Assembly (NCBI GenBank): GCA_963666975.2
Contig: CAXVYR010000004.1
Location: 512,001 to 576,000, forward strand
Length of the DNA stretch: 64,000 bases
Source of the DNA: Terriglobia bacterium
Lineage (GTDB): Bacteria; Acidobacteriota; Terriglobia; 2-12-FULL-54-10
Reading direction: 5' to 3'
Shown: one piece after another, positions 62,498 to 64,000 of the stretch
Layout: each line of letters begins with the position of its first letter
How positions within the stretch are numbered: the stretch's first letter is position 1
Translations under genes and position numbers: made by a program
Notes under the pieces: model-generated
Database searches by the model: none
What the model was told of the DNA's origin: nothing
What the model saw: only the letters and a program-made list of their open reading frames with translations

Positions 62498-62865
62498 GTA
62501 TGTTCCTCCCCATCCCCGATCACGCTTTTTTTTAGCAGGCGATTTTCCAGCATAGCCTCGGCCAGGGCCTCTTTCAGCTGTACGGCCTGCTCCCGCAGAG
62601 TCTTGACTTCGCCACTGGTTGCCTCACGGTCTATGTCGCCCGCCAGCCGCTTGCGGCCAGCCTCCAGAAACTCCTTGCTCCAGCGGTAATACTGGTTCTG
62701 GTGCAGCCCCTCGCGGCGGCACAGCTCCGCGATGCTGTCCTCGCCGCGAAGTCCCTGCAATACAATGCGGATTTTGTCTTCCGGGCTGAACCTGCGCCGC
62801 GTCCTGCGTTTGATCTCCCGGACGGCCTTCTCGACCGCCCCCCTGTCGTCTTGTTTTTGTCTCAT
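62494..62865 (-). CDS. IS3-family transposase OrfA
   Basis: Protein identical to 6277-6648. Confidence 0.9.
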   Translation of the reverse strand: MRQKQDDRGAVEKAVREIKRRTRRRFSPEDKIRIVLQGLRGEDSIAELCRREGLHQNQYYRWSKEFLEAGRKRLAGDIDREATSGEVKTLREQAVQLKEALAEAMLENRLLKKSVIGDGEEHT

Positions 62866-63426
62866 CTTCGTTCCTTTCAGTCTCTACGATGAGCCAAAAA
62901 CATCACCTTAACTATTACCCTCTACCTGTCCAACAAGCCCTGACGGGGCACAATCAGGTAAGCTGTCTGCCTGAATCGGCGCATGGAGTCTTCCACGGAG
63001 ACGTGGGAAATGTTTTTAATCTCCACTTCTACTTTTTCCAACATTCCCCACGGGGCAGTCGTAAGCGAGTTCGCAAATATTGAGAAATCGAATTCATGCC
63101 GGGATTTTTCAGATATGGCAATCACCTCCTCTTACTGGTTCACCACATAGGCTGAGGCACATTGGAAGCCAACTCAGCAACTTACACCTACTTCTTTACT
63201 TTCAAATAGTTGGTCTGGCAAAGCTCCAACTCGGCTGATCAGGTCAGCCACTCGGTTGACAAAAGGTGTCGCCCTTGAGTGCCAAAATTTTTCACGCCTG
63301 GCCGACTGGGGGAGCGCTTCCTTATTGAAGGCAAAGACAGTCTTGTAGCAAGAGGACCAAGGGAGTATGATTTTGCCCTACGCAAACCATCTCAGGCGTG
63401 TGACAGCGGAAAAAGGAGATTCCCCC

Positions 63427-64000
63427 ATGACTAACCTAATTCGGCGAACGGGAATTGTCGTGTTTTGGATCATGCTTCTTGGTTCGGGCGCCCGTGGCCA
63501 GCAGAGCGTGACCGCTCCAGCGGAGTTGGCGGCCTATCCGGACCTTATCCTCTACAACGGCAAGATTATCACCGTGGATGATGACAGTTTTAGTTCTCAA
63601 TTGGGCACCATCGCACAGGCCATGCACGTCCGAAACGGGAAGGTGCTCCATCTGGGCGACAACGCCCGGATTCGTGCTATGGCGGGGTCCGATACGCAGA
63701 TGGTTGACCTGAAGGGCCGCACCGTTCTTCCGGGAATGGTCGTCGTGCATGATCACCCGTTTGACTGGGCTCACGGGAATCCCTATTCCCTGAAAAAGGT
63801 GCTGACGGATGACATTGTAGTAAACCGCTATGTCAGAGGGACTCCGGAAGAACAAGCCAAGGCGTTTCCGGGGATACTCCAAGAAGCTCTCAGCAAGGCC
63901 AAACCGGGCCAGTTCATCCACATCGTCTTTCACATGGGTGACAAATACGAGTATATGAGGGGCAGCGAATTCGGTGACGTCTTGGATGGGAAGATGATCC
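63427..64000 (+). CDS. Amidohydrolase-3 paralog, partial (runs off window)
   Basis: RBS AAGGAG; MTNLIRR...PDLILYNGKIITVDD...DLKGRTVLPG..HDHPFDW, clearly similar to 52453-54324. Confidence 0.85.
   Translation, partial: MTNLIRRTGIVVFWIMLLGSGARGQQSVTAPAELAAYPDLILYNGKIITVDDDSFSSQLGTIAQAMHVRNGKVLHLGDNARIRAMAGSDTQMVDLKGRTVLPGMVVVHDHPFDWAHGNPYSLKKVLTDDIVVNRYVRGTPEEQAKAFPGILQEALSKAKPGQFIHIVFHMGDKYEYMRGSEFGDVLDGKMI

Larger units (their letters stand above)
61441..62952 (-). mobile_element. IS3-family insertion sequence, copy 2 (1512 bp)
   Basis: Same IRs and same translated ORFs as 6190-7701, inverted. Confidence 0.95.

Noticed and set aside
62953-63125. IS-truncated ORF with a strong SD sequence
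   Set aside because: Start codon ambiguous and no recognisable family; not called.

Overview
GC-rich bacterial chromosomal window; gene content suggests Acidobacteriota (inference). 1-6.2 kb: toxin-antitoxin cluster, an IMPase/HisN gene and a badly degraded prophage/ICE module. Two 1512-bp IS3-family copies with identical translated ORFs (6190-7701 +, 61441-62952 -) lie in inverted orientation around about 54 kb. Inside: a sigma54-controlled EPS/PEP-CTERM locus with two non-canonical activators and an IS256 remnant; PilZ, pseudopilins and a secretin; oppABCDF; housekeeping genes (smpB, pepA, trkA, moxR, tRNA-Val, class A PBP, proS, yjbQ, fbp); a Fur-box-controlled porin/FMN-binding/ApbE/PepSY operon; a flavoprotein disulfide reductase beside a selenoneine cluster (senA-senB-egtD); tRNA-Gly; and an accessory periplasmic module (amidohydrolases, Tat PQQ-type propeller, ligand-substituted cupredoxin, triheme cytochrome c, DUF2946-like uORF). 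The most unusual non-coding signal is a set of nested miniature palindromic elements, including a 24-nt hairpin unit present as three copies nested one inside another. All calls come from reading the sequence; no database searches were run.
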